Below are positions 33,800 through 46,641 of a DNA stretch of 64,000 nt, one piece after another. Position 1 is the first letter of the stretch; each line of letters opens with the position of its first letter. The position numbers were made by a program, and so were the translations under genes. Source of the stretch: Anthoceros angustus. Lineage: Eukaryota; Plantae; Anthocerotophyta. The stretch is from NCBI GenBank assembly GCA_010909165.1, contig VJWM01000178.1:410656-474655 (forward strand), read 5' to 3'. Under the pieces are notes generated by a model that was not told where the DNA came from, made no database searches, and saw only the letters and a program-made list of their open reading frames with translations.

Positions 33800-36700
33800 T
33801 CACAACTTTCCGCTTGACAGTGGGTCAAATCCTCCGTTCACGCTCTCTGGTGGCTGCACTGTGAAGGAGAGGGGTACCACCGAGGAAGCTTGTTCTGAAA
33901 TCTCGGTGGCAAAAGGTACGTCAAATGCTAGTGCCTTGTACAGACAAACTTCTTCCTCCTGACAGTAGTAGACCTGTGGATCAGCAACATCTACATTAGA
34001 AGGCAACGTCTGCAAGTTGGGAACACCGCCAATGATCTTCTGATATTAATACCGACCTTGCAGGAGATACGCACTGACGACGCTCTCGAGTCCCGAGAAA
34101 AGTGGATGGTAGCCTCCCCGGCCGAGTTAATCTCGCCGCTGGCTGGCTCTACGCGCACACCGCCGTCAACATCGAACTCCGCGTCATATTTACTGATGGC
34201 TTCCTGCAATGACAATGTAGCCGAGCTTGAAGGGCAAGGAGGAGCTGCAGTCAATGATGCACGCAAGGGCAACATCTGCGCTGAAGAAGAGTGGCAAGCC
34301 ATTATGTGCACCTTGCTCATGTGATATCCCGAAGGAAGTGAAATCCGCAGCTGCAAGTCTCCTCTTGCTGCAAGAACTGGATCCAACTGCACCACTTGCG
34401 TGTCCACTGGGGCTCGTCGCCTGAGTCGGCGACGGCCAGTTTGGGGGCCTTGGACTGGAGGTTGAACTCCCTTCAATTCCAATGTCTCTATTTTCCTACC
34501 GCCTTCTCCATCTAGCGTGCTTATCACCCTAATGACACTGTTGTTGGTATCGGCAACGTACACTTTGCCTGAAACAGGTAAGCTCCCAGTCATTGATCTA
34601 TGTCCTAACAAACTGACAGTTACTGAATGTTCATACAGATGTGGGCAGACGGCAAACTCACCATCCAAACCTGGTGCAAGGCCTGCTGGCTCGGAGAGCT
34701 GCTTGTGAGCGAGCAAAATTGTTAGCTCATTCTCTAAGTAAGGATCAGTATCTTGGTTGCCGGATGCATATAGAATTTACCTGTGATGAAGTGGCACCCC
34801 CATCTTGAAATCCAGCCACTCCATTTCCGGCAACCGTGGTTACTCGATTGGTGCTTGGATCCAGGACTTTGATCTAAGGCCAGGAAAGGAAACGCATGGT
34901 TAGCTGGGTCCTGCCTTCAAAGTAGCAAGCTTCAACCGGCTCCCTGTCCTGTCCAGGATTCAGTACCTTGTGATTGTAGGAGTCTGCTATGTAGACGAGG
35001 TTATCGGGTCCGTACAGGACCCCCAAAGGATGCTGCAGCAGTGCACCAGTCCCAACTCCGTCTTTATCTCCAAACTGCACATAGTTAGCCAACAAGGTTG
35101 GATGCTTGTAGTAAGTTCATCTGCACATCAGACATCTCATCCAGCCGCCTACCTGGAAGAGATTGTCGGAAAAGTTTGGATCGCCACCCGCCAGCAGTAT
35201 GGAGCCGCCGGTGATGAGATCAACAGTTCTGACAGAGCTGCTCTCGCTGTCTGCTATGAACATTTTCTTCATATCTACAAAGACACCGAAATGCAGAGAC
35301 TCGTCACAGGGTTCCAGCAGAACCGTCACAGGGAACAAGTTCAAGGAGAATTTCGGCGATTCTTACCAGGTGAAAGGGACAGACCAGATGGTTGGGCATA
35401 GGACGTGTCCGATCCTCTGCACAGCCACAACCCCTTCTCAGGAGAAATTTACCAGTAAGTACCCCATCACCAGCCCAGGCACAAACATACATCACCTCCT
35501 GCCATTGAGATTGCGTTCGTATCCGTCCCCGCTGAAAACTTTAGAGACGGAATCTGAGAGTGTGTGCTCCCAGATTTGGTGTTGACCAGCCATAGCAATG
35601 TAGACAGCATTGTTACCCTCGTGGAAACAGACATCCCAAGGGGAGTTGAGAACCTGGCCACATGCAAGAAATGAGGAACCTTGCACGCTACAGTGTGGCG
35701 GATCGGATGAAAAGGATGACAATGCTCAGGGTTGCAAAACTTCTAGACCTGCGAAGTCCCTGTCTTCCCTCCTCTCAAGTCTGCTCCCTTAGTCCCGTCA
35801 CCCGCGATGGTCTGTACTGTCTGGTTCACGAAGTCGATTTCCCTGCGAGACCACTCACATAAGGAATCCTACTCAACTTGGTTTCATCAGACTCAACATC
35901 AATTCAAATGTAGGCGGACTCTCGCAAGGATCATACCGCAGGGCATGATTCTCAGTGTCCGCGACATAGAGTACATTTTTGGATGGATTATAGGCCACAC
36001 CCTGCAACCACAGTCCAGCTCCGCCTTTAGCCTGCAAGAAGCAACAACTGCCATGACAACTAGCACCTGAGAGAAGAACTTCTACCTGGGGCCGATTGAA
36101 AGCTGCATATTCGAACGAGCCATCTCGCAGGGCCTCACCTCCTCCTCCGATTTGACAGATGAAATTCCCGTCTAAATCTGTCACCACCTGTTCAGATAAA
36201 AACAGCATTACTTTCCTCCCGTAGGATGTGCAATTCGAGCAGAAACAGGATGCATGGTTTTCAAGTTTGCGAAACATACGATACGATGGTGGTTGCTGTC
36301 CGAGATGAACAGACGCTTGTTCACAAGATCTGTTGCAAGTTTTCCTGGGTACTTCAAAGGAGAACCCAACAACCGAGTATCCTTATCTTTCTCCAATACT
36401 TGTGGGATAGGACGCTCATCCAGCTCTCCTTTCTCACCATAATACTCGAGAGCAGCTTGTATCAAATCATCCAGGTCCTGTCACCGAAACCTCCTGTCAG
36501 AAGCTATGGCATGTGAAAGCAACCTTGCCATACTGAACAAGATACTGGGACAAGGAGGGACTTATACCTGCTTGTGCCCTTCCCCTGGAAGCATGGCAAG
36601 AAGTCTACCTTGCGGACTGACGAGCGCCAAAGTAGGCCATGAATTGACTCCAAGCTGACGCCACAGTGTCATGTCCCCGTCATTGACGACCTGAGTCGGC

Positions 36701-39694
36701 CAGCTGGCATAAGAGTCGGCTCCAAGGTGGAAGAGATGAGCCCAGTCTTAAAAGAACCTTGAAGCAACATGAGTTAAATGCCCACCGGATGTGTCACGTC
36801 GTAGCGGATGACTGCATTGCGGATAGCATCAAGGTCTTTTTCGTTGTCGAATTTAGCTGAGTGCACTCCAACAACTGTGAGCTGGGATACAGTAGAAGGT
36901 CTATTAGGTGCATGAAAGAGAAACAATGAGCTGAGCAGATGTGCAGGAAGTAATTACCGGATTGCTGTTGTATTTTTTCTCCAAGAACGCGAGGTCAGGT
37001 AGAATATGCATGCAGTTTATGCAACAGTACGTCCAGAAGTCAAGCACTACAACCTTGCCCCGCAGATCCTGATAAGATGTAACCCATGTCAAAAACCAAG
37101 AAAACCACTGCACTTGTGCGCTGCTGGTTCAGAGCAGCAACCTAGGATAATGCCAGCTACCTGTTTCAATCGAAGAGGTGCAGAATTCAGCCACTCCAGT
37201 TTTGGTTGAAACTCAGGTACAATCTGACCGGCTTCCCTGACATGCAACCAAACGAAGCGGAAAATGTGTTGACATAGAAGGTTCATACAACGTAGAAAGC
37301 AGCAGACTGTGAAGACTTCGTGAACCCTTGCTTGTCTCGTGGTTTAAGAAACCGATGGAGGACTTACTGGTTCTCCAGTTGTGCTATGTAGTCCTTGAAC
37401 TGCTGCACCCGCGCCGATCCAGCTACTTTTCAGTTGGATGGCAGAAACATGTCAGTGACAATCATACATACAAGCATCACCACTATGAATTTGCAAGCTT
37501 GCAGATGGAGACGTACTGTTTGCTGGAGGACGAGTGACACCGAACAAGGCGTTGAGCATTGCTTTGGGTGATGCATAAGACATGGCCTGCCACAAAACTC
37601 TCTGGCTCAGAACCACTTCAAGGACTCACAAAATTTCGCATGCCTCGTGTGCCAGTGTAAAACATCAAGCGAGGCAGGCAGTTGATATATCAACTGTTCA
37701 GACCTTCCAATGAGTGGCAGCGAAATATGCGGCACCAAGGCCAACAGATAAGCTGCCGAATTTCAGTATGTCTCGTCTGCTAGTCAGAAACCTGCCGAAG
37801 CCATCAAGTCCGCTTGAGATAAGAGAAGTGGCCTACTCTGTCCAGATGATGTGTCTGAGCAGATCAGATAACGACAAACCGTTACCCGCCAGGCAATTCT
37901 ATTTCTTTGTTGAGAAAGCTGTCAGGCGCCGAATCCACTCGAGGGTGAACTCTCGCCAACTCCTCTTTCACTGGAGTATCTGTCGTCAAATTTCAGGAAG
38001 ATCAAGAAGTCAAAGGAGACCCTTGATTGGGCTAAGTTCCCTTCTTATGCAAGTGTTGCTCACCGACATCATAGTTGAGATTGAGTATATCAGGCAATGA
38101 TATACTGGAGATATCCTTCTTCACCAAAGAGGGCCCTGCCTGCTTGAGACTGTCTTCATCCAGGGTCGTAGTCACTGCTATGCATCTGCATTCAGGACAC
38201 AAAAGTTGTTACCTGGAGAGTTCAGAGAAATGCAAGAGTATGCCCTATTTCAACGCCCATTGCAAGCAGGTATAGCTACTGCTGAAGTAAAATTCCGGCA
38301 GCTAGGCTCGTTCCAACCTCATCCCAGCAGCACGAGCTGCTTGCACACCTGCAAGGGCGTCCTCAATGACCACGCACTGTAAACACGCACGGTAATCAGT
38401 AAATGCTTTGGTCCATGAGACTCGAAGATATTAAGCTCCAAGAGGATCCAGATCAAGAATCGTACCTCTTGTGGCCTGAGCCCAAGACTCTTTGCTGCGG
38501 CAAGGAAGATGTCTGGAGCAGGCTTTAGATTCTTGAACAGGTCGGCTGAAACAATAGCATCAAAGCTGCACAAGGGAGATGCAGAGATGGCTAAGCAGAA
38601 GCCACACCTGCCCACAAAGGATGCACGCGAGTGGGACACTATACAGAAACCACAACAAGAACAGCAAGGAGAGGCATACTTTGACTGAGGCAAACCTGCT
38701 GCTGCCAGATTGGCGTCCACCTTGATCCGGTCAGCACTGGATGCAACAGCAATCTTCAACCCCTTGTTCTTACTCTAAGATCACCCAAACAAGTGCAAAC
38801 CGATAAGCAGAGCTACGTGACCACAAAACTTCTTGCACCAGTATTGTACGGTGGTGAGCATGAACTCAGTGGAAGCAGTCATGGAGAGGACAAACCTGTA
38901 AAATGAGGTCCAATGCACCAGGGTATCCCAGCCCTGAATCAGGCCTTGCATACTGCGCCATTCGAGAAGAAGAACGACAATCAGTCACATTACAGGTCAT
39001 TCCTGTTGCAGCTGTGATCCAAAGGTAAGCCACAGCAGCCAAGAACATGCCTTATCAATGTAAATTTCGAAGAATCGCTTTTTAGCTGCCACGGGATCAA
39101 ATTCCAGCCCAAATTTGCGAGCGACACCTCCAAGAAAATTCGCTTCCCCTAGAAAAAACGAGTGAAGGGAAAGAGTCACATCCTAACAATTCCAAACCGG
39201 CTTCTCCATCTCCACCCCGACCCAACAAACACAATCAACCACACACCAGTGCCCATAAACGGAATAAAGTCCTCGTTGCTGACAGCCACTCCGAGCTCAG
39301 CGAACAGCTCCACTGCAGCCTCCCGAGACCTGTCCTCACTGTCGCACAACACTCCGTCCATGTCGAACAGAACTCCTCGCACTGCGACTGTGCTGCCATC
39401 TCCCTGCTCTTCCTCCCGGCCCACAACAGCCTGACCAGTGAGGCTGGCGCTGCAGCGCATCCAGCCGACGCCGTGCCTCCCCGTGGGCTCAAAATGCTTC
39501 TCCTTCCCGTAATTCCGCCCATTGGCAACGGCAGCCTGCTGGAAGCCCAATGCCAGCTGCCTCCGGAAGCTCTCGCAACCCACAAGACCCGATCTGGATC
39601 CCGGCATCGCTCTGGAGCTGCCGGCCAGCGCTGAGATCCCATTCTGCGCAGCCTGAATCTGGCGAAGCTGCGCTGCAGCGCTGGCGGCAGCCAT
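33800..39694 (-). CDS. SOQ1: SUPPRESSOR OF QUENCHING 1 (HAD + thioredoxin-like + NHL repeats), multi-exon
   Basis: Transit peptide, then [85 protein letters not shown], and C-terminal EEEVCLY. Confidence 0.97.
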
Positions 39695-41384
39695 CGCAAT
39701 CCGCGACCCCAGTTATCTACTTCTTCCGTCCAGAGCGGAAATCCAAACTCGGATGAGAGCCATTATATGTGCACCTTGGCCATCGCACACGTGGCCTGCC
39801 CTGCGCCTCAATTATCCCACACTATTGTTGCTGTGATATGATTGGGCGCGGCAACCCCGGGCACAGAGCACAGAGCACAAAGCTTCGTAACATCAACAAA
39901 GACAAACCGAAATGCTCAACAAAAATGCTGTGCCCCACGTCGAACACTACCACAAACCAAAAAAATTGCCATAGCCACAAAGGCCTCGAATCTCTCGAGA
40001 CCTCAGTCCTAGCAGACTTTGACTACATATGTAGTATTGTAGAATGAACACTTAAAATAAACAAGTAGCCCTACGCGTTAGTGCATTTCCGTATGACTCC
40101 CCGCATGATGTTGGGGTTGCCATAATATTGTATTTACTAGTAGGTGTGTCACATCCAAGGCCGTTGGTTTTACTATCACGTGACATATTCAACATACTAT
40201 GAAGTTCTTCTTACTTTCTTTTGGAGCTTATAAGATTATCGGTGTCAGAGCCATTCCGACTCGTGAACGGTGGTTCCTTGCACAGTTCCGGTTCAGCTCT
40301 CCTTCATATGAGTTCCTTTTGCTTTCTTTCGTAACTTATAACGTTGTTGGTGTAGTGAGCCATTTTGACTCATTTAGTTGAACGGTCGGTCCTTGCACGG
40401 TCCTGCTCTTTACCTTGACAAGAACTAGAACTTATAGGGAGGCTTACTTCATCCCTAAGTTGCCTTCTTGAGCCTTAAGCAAGCTAGCTCTCTTAAGCCA
40501 TAAGCAGAACCTTGCTACCACTAACCTCTTAATTTGCTAACTTATCCAAAGTAATTTTTAAATGTGTTCAGATCCTAATGGACGATGTTAGTTTATTATG
40601 GGGGCCTAACAGACAATGTGTATTTAATGATGTGTGTTTAGAATCTAACAGACAACTATTTTTTAGGGTGCGGGTCTAATAGACAATGTTCTTTTAGATG
40701 AACTCAATCTTGAAATATTGGATACACGCTGCATATCTCTTGTCGCAATCCATTGCCTCAATGTTGAAGTGTTGGATATCCATTGCCTTCCATTCCTGGA
40801 TAATTTCAATAGTGAAAATGGAGTCCCAGTAAATGTAACTCATCCTTTATTTTCATTGTCTATAAAAGACAGATTGAGAAAAAGAGCAGCTTGTTCTCAT
40901 GATAGTTCACGTGCCCAATTGACAAAGTCAGTGCTATTAGAACCTAGACCATAAAATATTGGTACATCCCATAAAAATCAGTTATGAAATAACAAAAAGG
41001 ATTAAGTATAAATTTGACAAATTAGTTCTGATCCATGGTGCTCTGACGCTAGCGCTGATGGAAGAAATGGATTATGCACGAGGTCCTAGGAGTTGCAGGG
41101 GCGTAAGCGGGCGAGGTGAACCAACGACTGCATTTGCCAACGCTGTGAAGTGCACAGATTCTTCGAGTGCTTTGCTTTATGCATTTGTGGCGCTCTAACA
41201 CCACTGATACTAGTGCTAGTGTAATATCTTGCGCAACAATCGATAAATTCGTTACAAATACCTATTTCTCTATGACTTTGGGTTGAACTAACCCACCGTT
41301 CACCTCAGACAAATAGAAGAAAAATGTAAAATATCTCATAACATCTAAATGGAATAAGCTCTTTGTTACGAAAGGCATGTTGTT

Positions 41385-42031
41385 ATACGTGTTGTAATTT
41401 ACGTTACAACAATTATTGTAAATGTTTGAGACATCTCAAATTATTGTAATTTATGTTGTAGCCAGTTTGTAATTTACGTTGTGATTTCATTGTAATTTAC
41501 GTTGCAATCATATTGTAATTTGTGTTGCAATTTTAAAACATGTTTTGTAATACGTATTGTAATTTACATCGCACTCACTGGAATTCACGTTGTAATTTGT
41601 GTTGTAATACGTGTTGTAAATTTGCAATACACTAATTGCAATTAAGGTTACAGTTTGTGTTGCTCGAACTGTTGTAAAGTTGTGGTCAATCATATTGTAA
41701 ACAATCGTTGTAAATCACTAAGCCGTGTTGCAAAGGTCATTGTAAATCACTTAGACGTCTTTAGATGTTGTAAATTGTGTTGTACGAGACGTTGTACAAT
41801 GCGTTGCAAATTATTGAGAAATAATTAACGGAGAAACTTAAAGATTGTAAAGGGCAGTCCGATAACTAGGTAGTGGGTTAAGTGCTATGTCATTGCCTAG
41901 TCAGTGCCACGTCATCATTTTATAATGCCATTAAGTAATCAAAGTGCAAAAGATTTTACAATATTTGATTATAAAATCGTTGTAAAATATGTTGTAAATG
42001 GTGTTATAAAAGGGGTCTTATTCTTGTAGTG
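41385..42031. mobile_element. CACTA-type terminus with subterminal (G)TTGTAA repeats
   Basis: Ends ttcttgtagtg (reverse complement CACTACAAGAA) at 42021-42031, after dozens of ttgtaa motifs. The partner TIR was not found. Confidence 0.65.
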
Positions 42032-43529
42032 AGGTAATTTACGAGTCTCTAATAAGGCCGCTAATTGCTCCACCCTTGTGGGACAATTACGTCCTAAATA
42101 TATAAATTTGCATGTATTACCCAAGAGGCATTGCCCATCACTGTACATAATTAGTTTAAGCCAGTTCTATTCACCAACATTGATTGAAAACAAAACATCT
42201 ACTTTGATATTCATTCTCTCTCTTTTGGGTAGTTATTGCTCTAGTGGAGATTGCAATAGGTTGAACCTTACAACCCTATGAAAGGAGTATTTTTCAAGTA
42301 TAAATGAAATATGTTTATACCATATGTTTTAACTCAAAGATATATATATTCTCTGATCAAAAGGAATTCAATTGTGATAAATAGATAGGAAGATTACCTA
42401 ATATTTTAATTGATTGTTACCAAAAATTTAATTAATCGTTCCACTGATCGTACAATTTAGAAAATAATGTCTGCAAAACAAATCGAAGAGGGTATCTCAA
42501 TTCCAACAAAAGTTCAATTAACAAATTGAACTTTTTCCCCACCGATTCTTAAAGCAGCGAATTGCTTGCCTACTTCACTTGATAGTGCAACTAGTGCATA
42601 ATTCTTACAAATTACAACACATGAGTTAATTAATCATAAATTTGAAATAAAAATATGGCATGAGAAAAATTTACATACCTCAGAAGTTATATCGGCGGCG
42701 GTGAATCGATTCATCTTATCAGTTTTCAAATAATGTAAAAATCTACGTCCCTTTTCGGCTTCCCCTTGCCTTTTTTCTGTGTTTATTTTCTGCTTGCACA
42801 ACGAACCTTTTCTCGCCCTCCCTGGTAGACAAGTAAATTCAATTAGATCAGTCACCTAAGGACAGAATTCACCTAATAGGTGGTTTGTTTTGCAATTGCA
42901 AAACTGACAATACTGTCCCAACACTTGTTGGAAAAACATGATTTATGTAAAATCCACAAACAATCTAGGAGCCCAAGATGTGTCACGAGCAATTTTTTTC
43001 GTGTAAAAAACAGACAAATTAATATCATGCGCAATTACATGTAGTACAATTGGCACCCACACATTTGGACTCATGTGCAGAAAGAAACAAACGTCCAACA
43101 CATCTTGCAGCCATTAGCCTCATCAATCTGCGACAATTGGTATTATAGATGGCACTTCATGCAATCAGCACAAAGGCACCAACTCATTAGTAGCATACCC
43201 TGAACCCAAGCAGAAGCATAGTCTAAATGTCTCCCACACATGCTGAGTTATTGAGATCGTTTCACATTGACAAGATGAACTCAACACACATTCCAGAACG
43301 GACGCCGCGATGTATACCAGAACGGACGCCACGTTGTATAAATTCAGCGCTCAATCCCCACACTGACTTTCAAGGCACAAATTCATCCAAACGACGATCT
43401 CACACGATCATGTGAGATCGTCATGGGGATGAGATCGTCGTTTGCCCCAAGTTATATAGACTAGGAAACGGGTCCTTTTACTAATGGCACTTTTGTAGAG
43501 AGAGGAGAGATTTTGTCGTCGGTTTGTTT

Positions 43530-43990
43530 TACTACAGGAGTTTTGGGTCCATTTATTATTTTCAAGTATAGCCCATGACTTTACAACATGAGGCTAGGGG
43601 TTCTACTACCAAGGTGTGTTTCGCCATAGGTTAAATATTGTGATGACGTGGCACAGCCAATTGTTATTTACCACGCGGGCACTTCAACAGTTTACAATCG
43701 GCGTGGATTTGCGACGGGGATCTTTACAATGGTCCACGGGTCTTTTCCTACGCATCGAGAAGTTACAATGAGGTTTGGTATTTCACAACGCTTGCCTTTA
43801 CAAAGGACAATGAACATTTAGAGAGCATGTTTTACAACGGAGGTGTTTTACACGTTTTACAACGTCAAAATATGAAATACAACATACCGGGTTTCATGAT
43901 GCAAGCTCATGATTTACAATATGGTCATTCACAATGACACTGAATTTACCACGATGCTATGGACTTAACAACAATGTCATTATGTATTAA
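43530..43990. mobile_element. Possible opposite-orientation CACTA-like end with TTTACAA repeats
   Basis: tactacaggag at 43530 is followed by many tttacaa(c/t) motifs. The TIR is degenerate. Confidence 0.4.
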
Positions 43991-44181
43991 TTAGAGTTGT
44001 GTGCAATGGGGGTTACATGAGGCTTTTTCAAGGTGAGGGTTTCCTCCTCATGGCCGCTTTATTGATTCATATGGGCCACATGTATCGGTCGGTCCCTAGC
44101 TACCACCCCTATATGCAACATGCCATCGTAATACGCCGAGCCCTACCCAAAACAGACTCTATGTCCGATCCGACATCGATG

Positions 44182-44535
44182 GTTGAGCCGGATGCGGTGG
44201 TGGTCGGATCTCCATTTGTGGCGTACCCTTCTACATGTACTCCTACAGGTCGAGCCGATGCGGTGGACGGATCCCGCTTGTGGCGCTACCCCTCTTTACA
44301 TGTGCTCTCCTACATGAGATCAAGCCGATGTGGTACTGGGTCCCCGCTTGCGCTACCGTCCTTTCTTTACATGCGCTCATACATGAGCTCGACCAATGCG
44401 AAAGCGGCGGCCAAGTCCCCGCTTGTGGTAATCGCCCTCTACACGCGTTCTTCTATATGAGGTCGAGCCGAATACGGTGGCGGCCGGATCCCCGTTTGCA
44501 ACGCTGTCCCTTCTCTACATGCGCTTTTCTAGATG
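44182..44535. repeat. Degenerate ~70-bp tandem repeat x5
   Basis: Approximate unit ggtcgagccgatgcggtgg..ggatccccgcttgtggcgctaccc..tctacatgcgctctcctacatga. Confidence 0.8.
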
Positions 44536-46383
44536 AGACCGACATATGACTTTGTGCTCAAGTCCACAACATGAGCATATACTCAAAGGGCAAGTCAGAG
44601 GAGAGGCCTCGCACGCAGGCGCCCCTACTAAAATTTGTTACGACTTCTAATTTTTTATCCAAAAATATAGATTCAATTGACCCCCATCGCAACACTAGTT
44701 CGAGCTGGGGGTGCTTAATTCTGAGGTTTTTACCCAAATTTGATGCCAACAAGACCATTCAAATTTGGATAATACTAATGAAGACTTTATTGTATTTTCA
44801 CTATACTAACTCACTTACAAGACTCGTGGCCGATCAGCTCCACGCCTAGATGCACCCGACTCCGACTCCGGCTACGGGAGATGGCGGGTTCCGCGCTCGG
44901 AACTCTGTGAGTGGCATGCCACAAATCGGCAGCAGATGCTCATGAGCATGAGTGAGCACAGCTCGTGAGCACACAACTATGCTCATGGCCATCACTGCAG
45001 ATCAAAAGCGATAGAGGGCAGCCAACCTGAAGCTCGAATCCAACATTCTCGTGAGCACAACTCGTGAGCAACGATGTGAGGCTACTACACTCACGCTCAC
45101 AACCACACCAACCGGCTGGCTAAGGAGCAAAGTCCCTACTTGCCGCAGATGCACAACTGGTAGGTCGATTTTTATGCCGATGCAATCTTGGAGTAGGCTA
45201 GGATGGAGGGTATCTAGATGTGATGGTAGTCGGATGCTGCCCTTAATAGAATGTTGTTTACGTGTATCCGATTATCTCATGTTTAGTTGAAGGATGCATG
45301 TTAGATTACTGGAGGATACTTGTGTTGTTGGCCGGTATGTGTACTGACCGTGGAGGATTTTTTGTGTCAGATAAGTTAGAGGCCATAGTTGAAGCGACAA
45401 TTAGGGGAAGGAAACGTATACCATGGACCATACCGAATATGAATTTTACACTGTATGCACGAAAGAGTCTTTTCCTACGGACACAAACATAGGGTGCTTA
45501 TTATGGGTGTTTTACTACGTGCGTAGTAAAGATAGTAAAAATCATTGTGATGTCCGTGTAAGGGTATTAAAGCCCAATGTACTTAGACTAATACGCTTAG
45601 TCTAAGTTAGGTGTCATTAGTTTAGCTGACGTTAATAACTAGGAAGCTTCTTGCGCTGTTTCCTAGGGGCTTCTTGTGGAGCTTCCTCGGGAGCTGTCAT
45701 GCTGTTGCTGTGGACTGGACAAACCAGACTGATGAAACATTGACATTGACTGATTGGCATCCCACTTGGCATAAGCCACTTGATTTGGATGTCGATGTGC
45801 ATGTGATGTGGCATGTGCATTGCCCATGGATGGCATGCACATGGTATGTATGCATGACAAATGGATGGCATGTGATGTATGTGGACATGTCTGGATGGAT
45901 GATGTGTCATGGTGCATGTAATCTATGTGCATAATTATGTATGTAAGGCACGGCGCTATGATGCATATATAGACAGCGGATCTATATTAGAAAATACATA
46001 AAAATCGTAAATCAAGGAAAAGGGCGAATAGGTGGTTGAGCACATGAATATTATTATTTATTCGAAGGCCAAGGAAAGTAGGATTATAAATAGACCTAAA
46101 GTGCCTACCATCGGGAACGAGGAGGCACTTCATCGAGAGTTCCTGGGGGTTTTGCCTATATATGTCACCCACCATGGATTCTTGGATTGTAGATGTTTGT
46201 CGAATGGAAAGGCAGCCATACTTCGTCCCTACAGTTTGTCTCATTTCTCTCTTGTGACTTTTGGGAACCGCACTATCAAGTGGGAGCCTCAGGCAACCAA
46301 CTTGATCTCACCACATCTACAATCCCTGTTGTTGCTTGGAGAACTGAGACGACTGCATTGGAGGACATTGCGGCGCACTGGAG

Positions 46384-46628
46384 ATAGCCTTTCAGTTTAC
46401 TCGAGTTAGCTCGTTACATGAACGGCTATTAGGTAGTTTAGTATTTCCAGCTAGACTGACAGTTATTAAACCGCTCTCTCTACAAGCATGTATAAGTATC
46501 CTTCTGCTTCATTAATACACTACTCGCTCTTTTCTTGGTACACACGTGAGCTCGTGTCCTTCCGTCTCTCTCTCGCGCGTTTGGCTCTGGCCACCGCCAT
46601 GATCCAACAAGCAATCCTAATTGCTTTA
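46384..46628 (+). repeat. Copia 5' LTR (conserved core)
   Basis: Matches 54526-54767 and is followed directly by the PBS. Confidence 0.9.
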
Positions 46629-46641
46629 TGGTATCAGAGCC
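46629..46641 (+). other. Primer binding site (tRNA-iMet)
   Basis: TGGTATCAGAGCC. Confidence 0.92.

Noticed and set aside
45690-45935. CATG-rich tract as RY regulatory elements
   Set aside because: It lies in TE-like intergenic sequence with no adjacent gene, so it is more likely low-complexity repeat.
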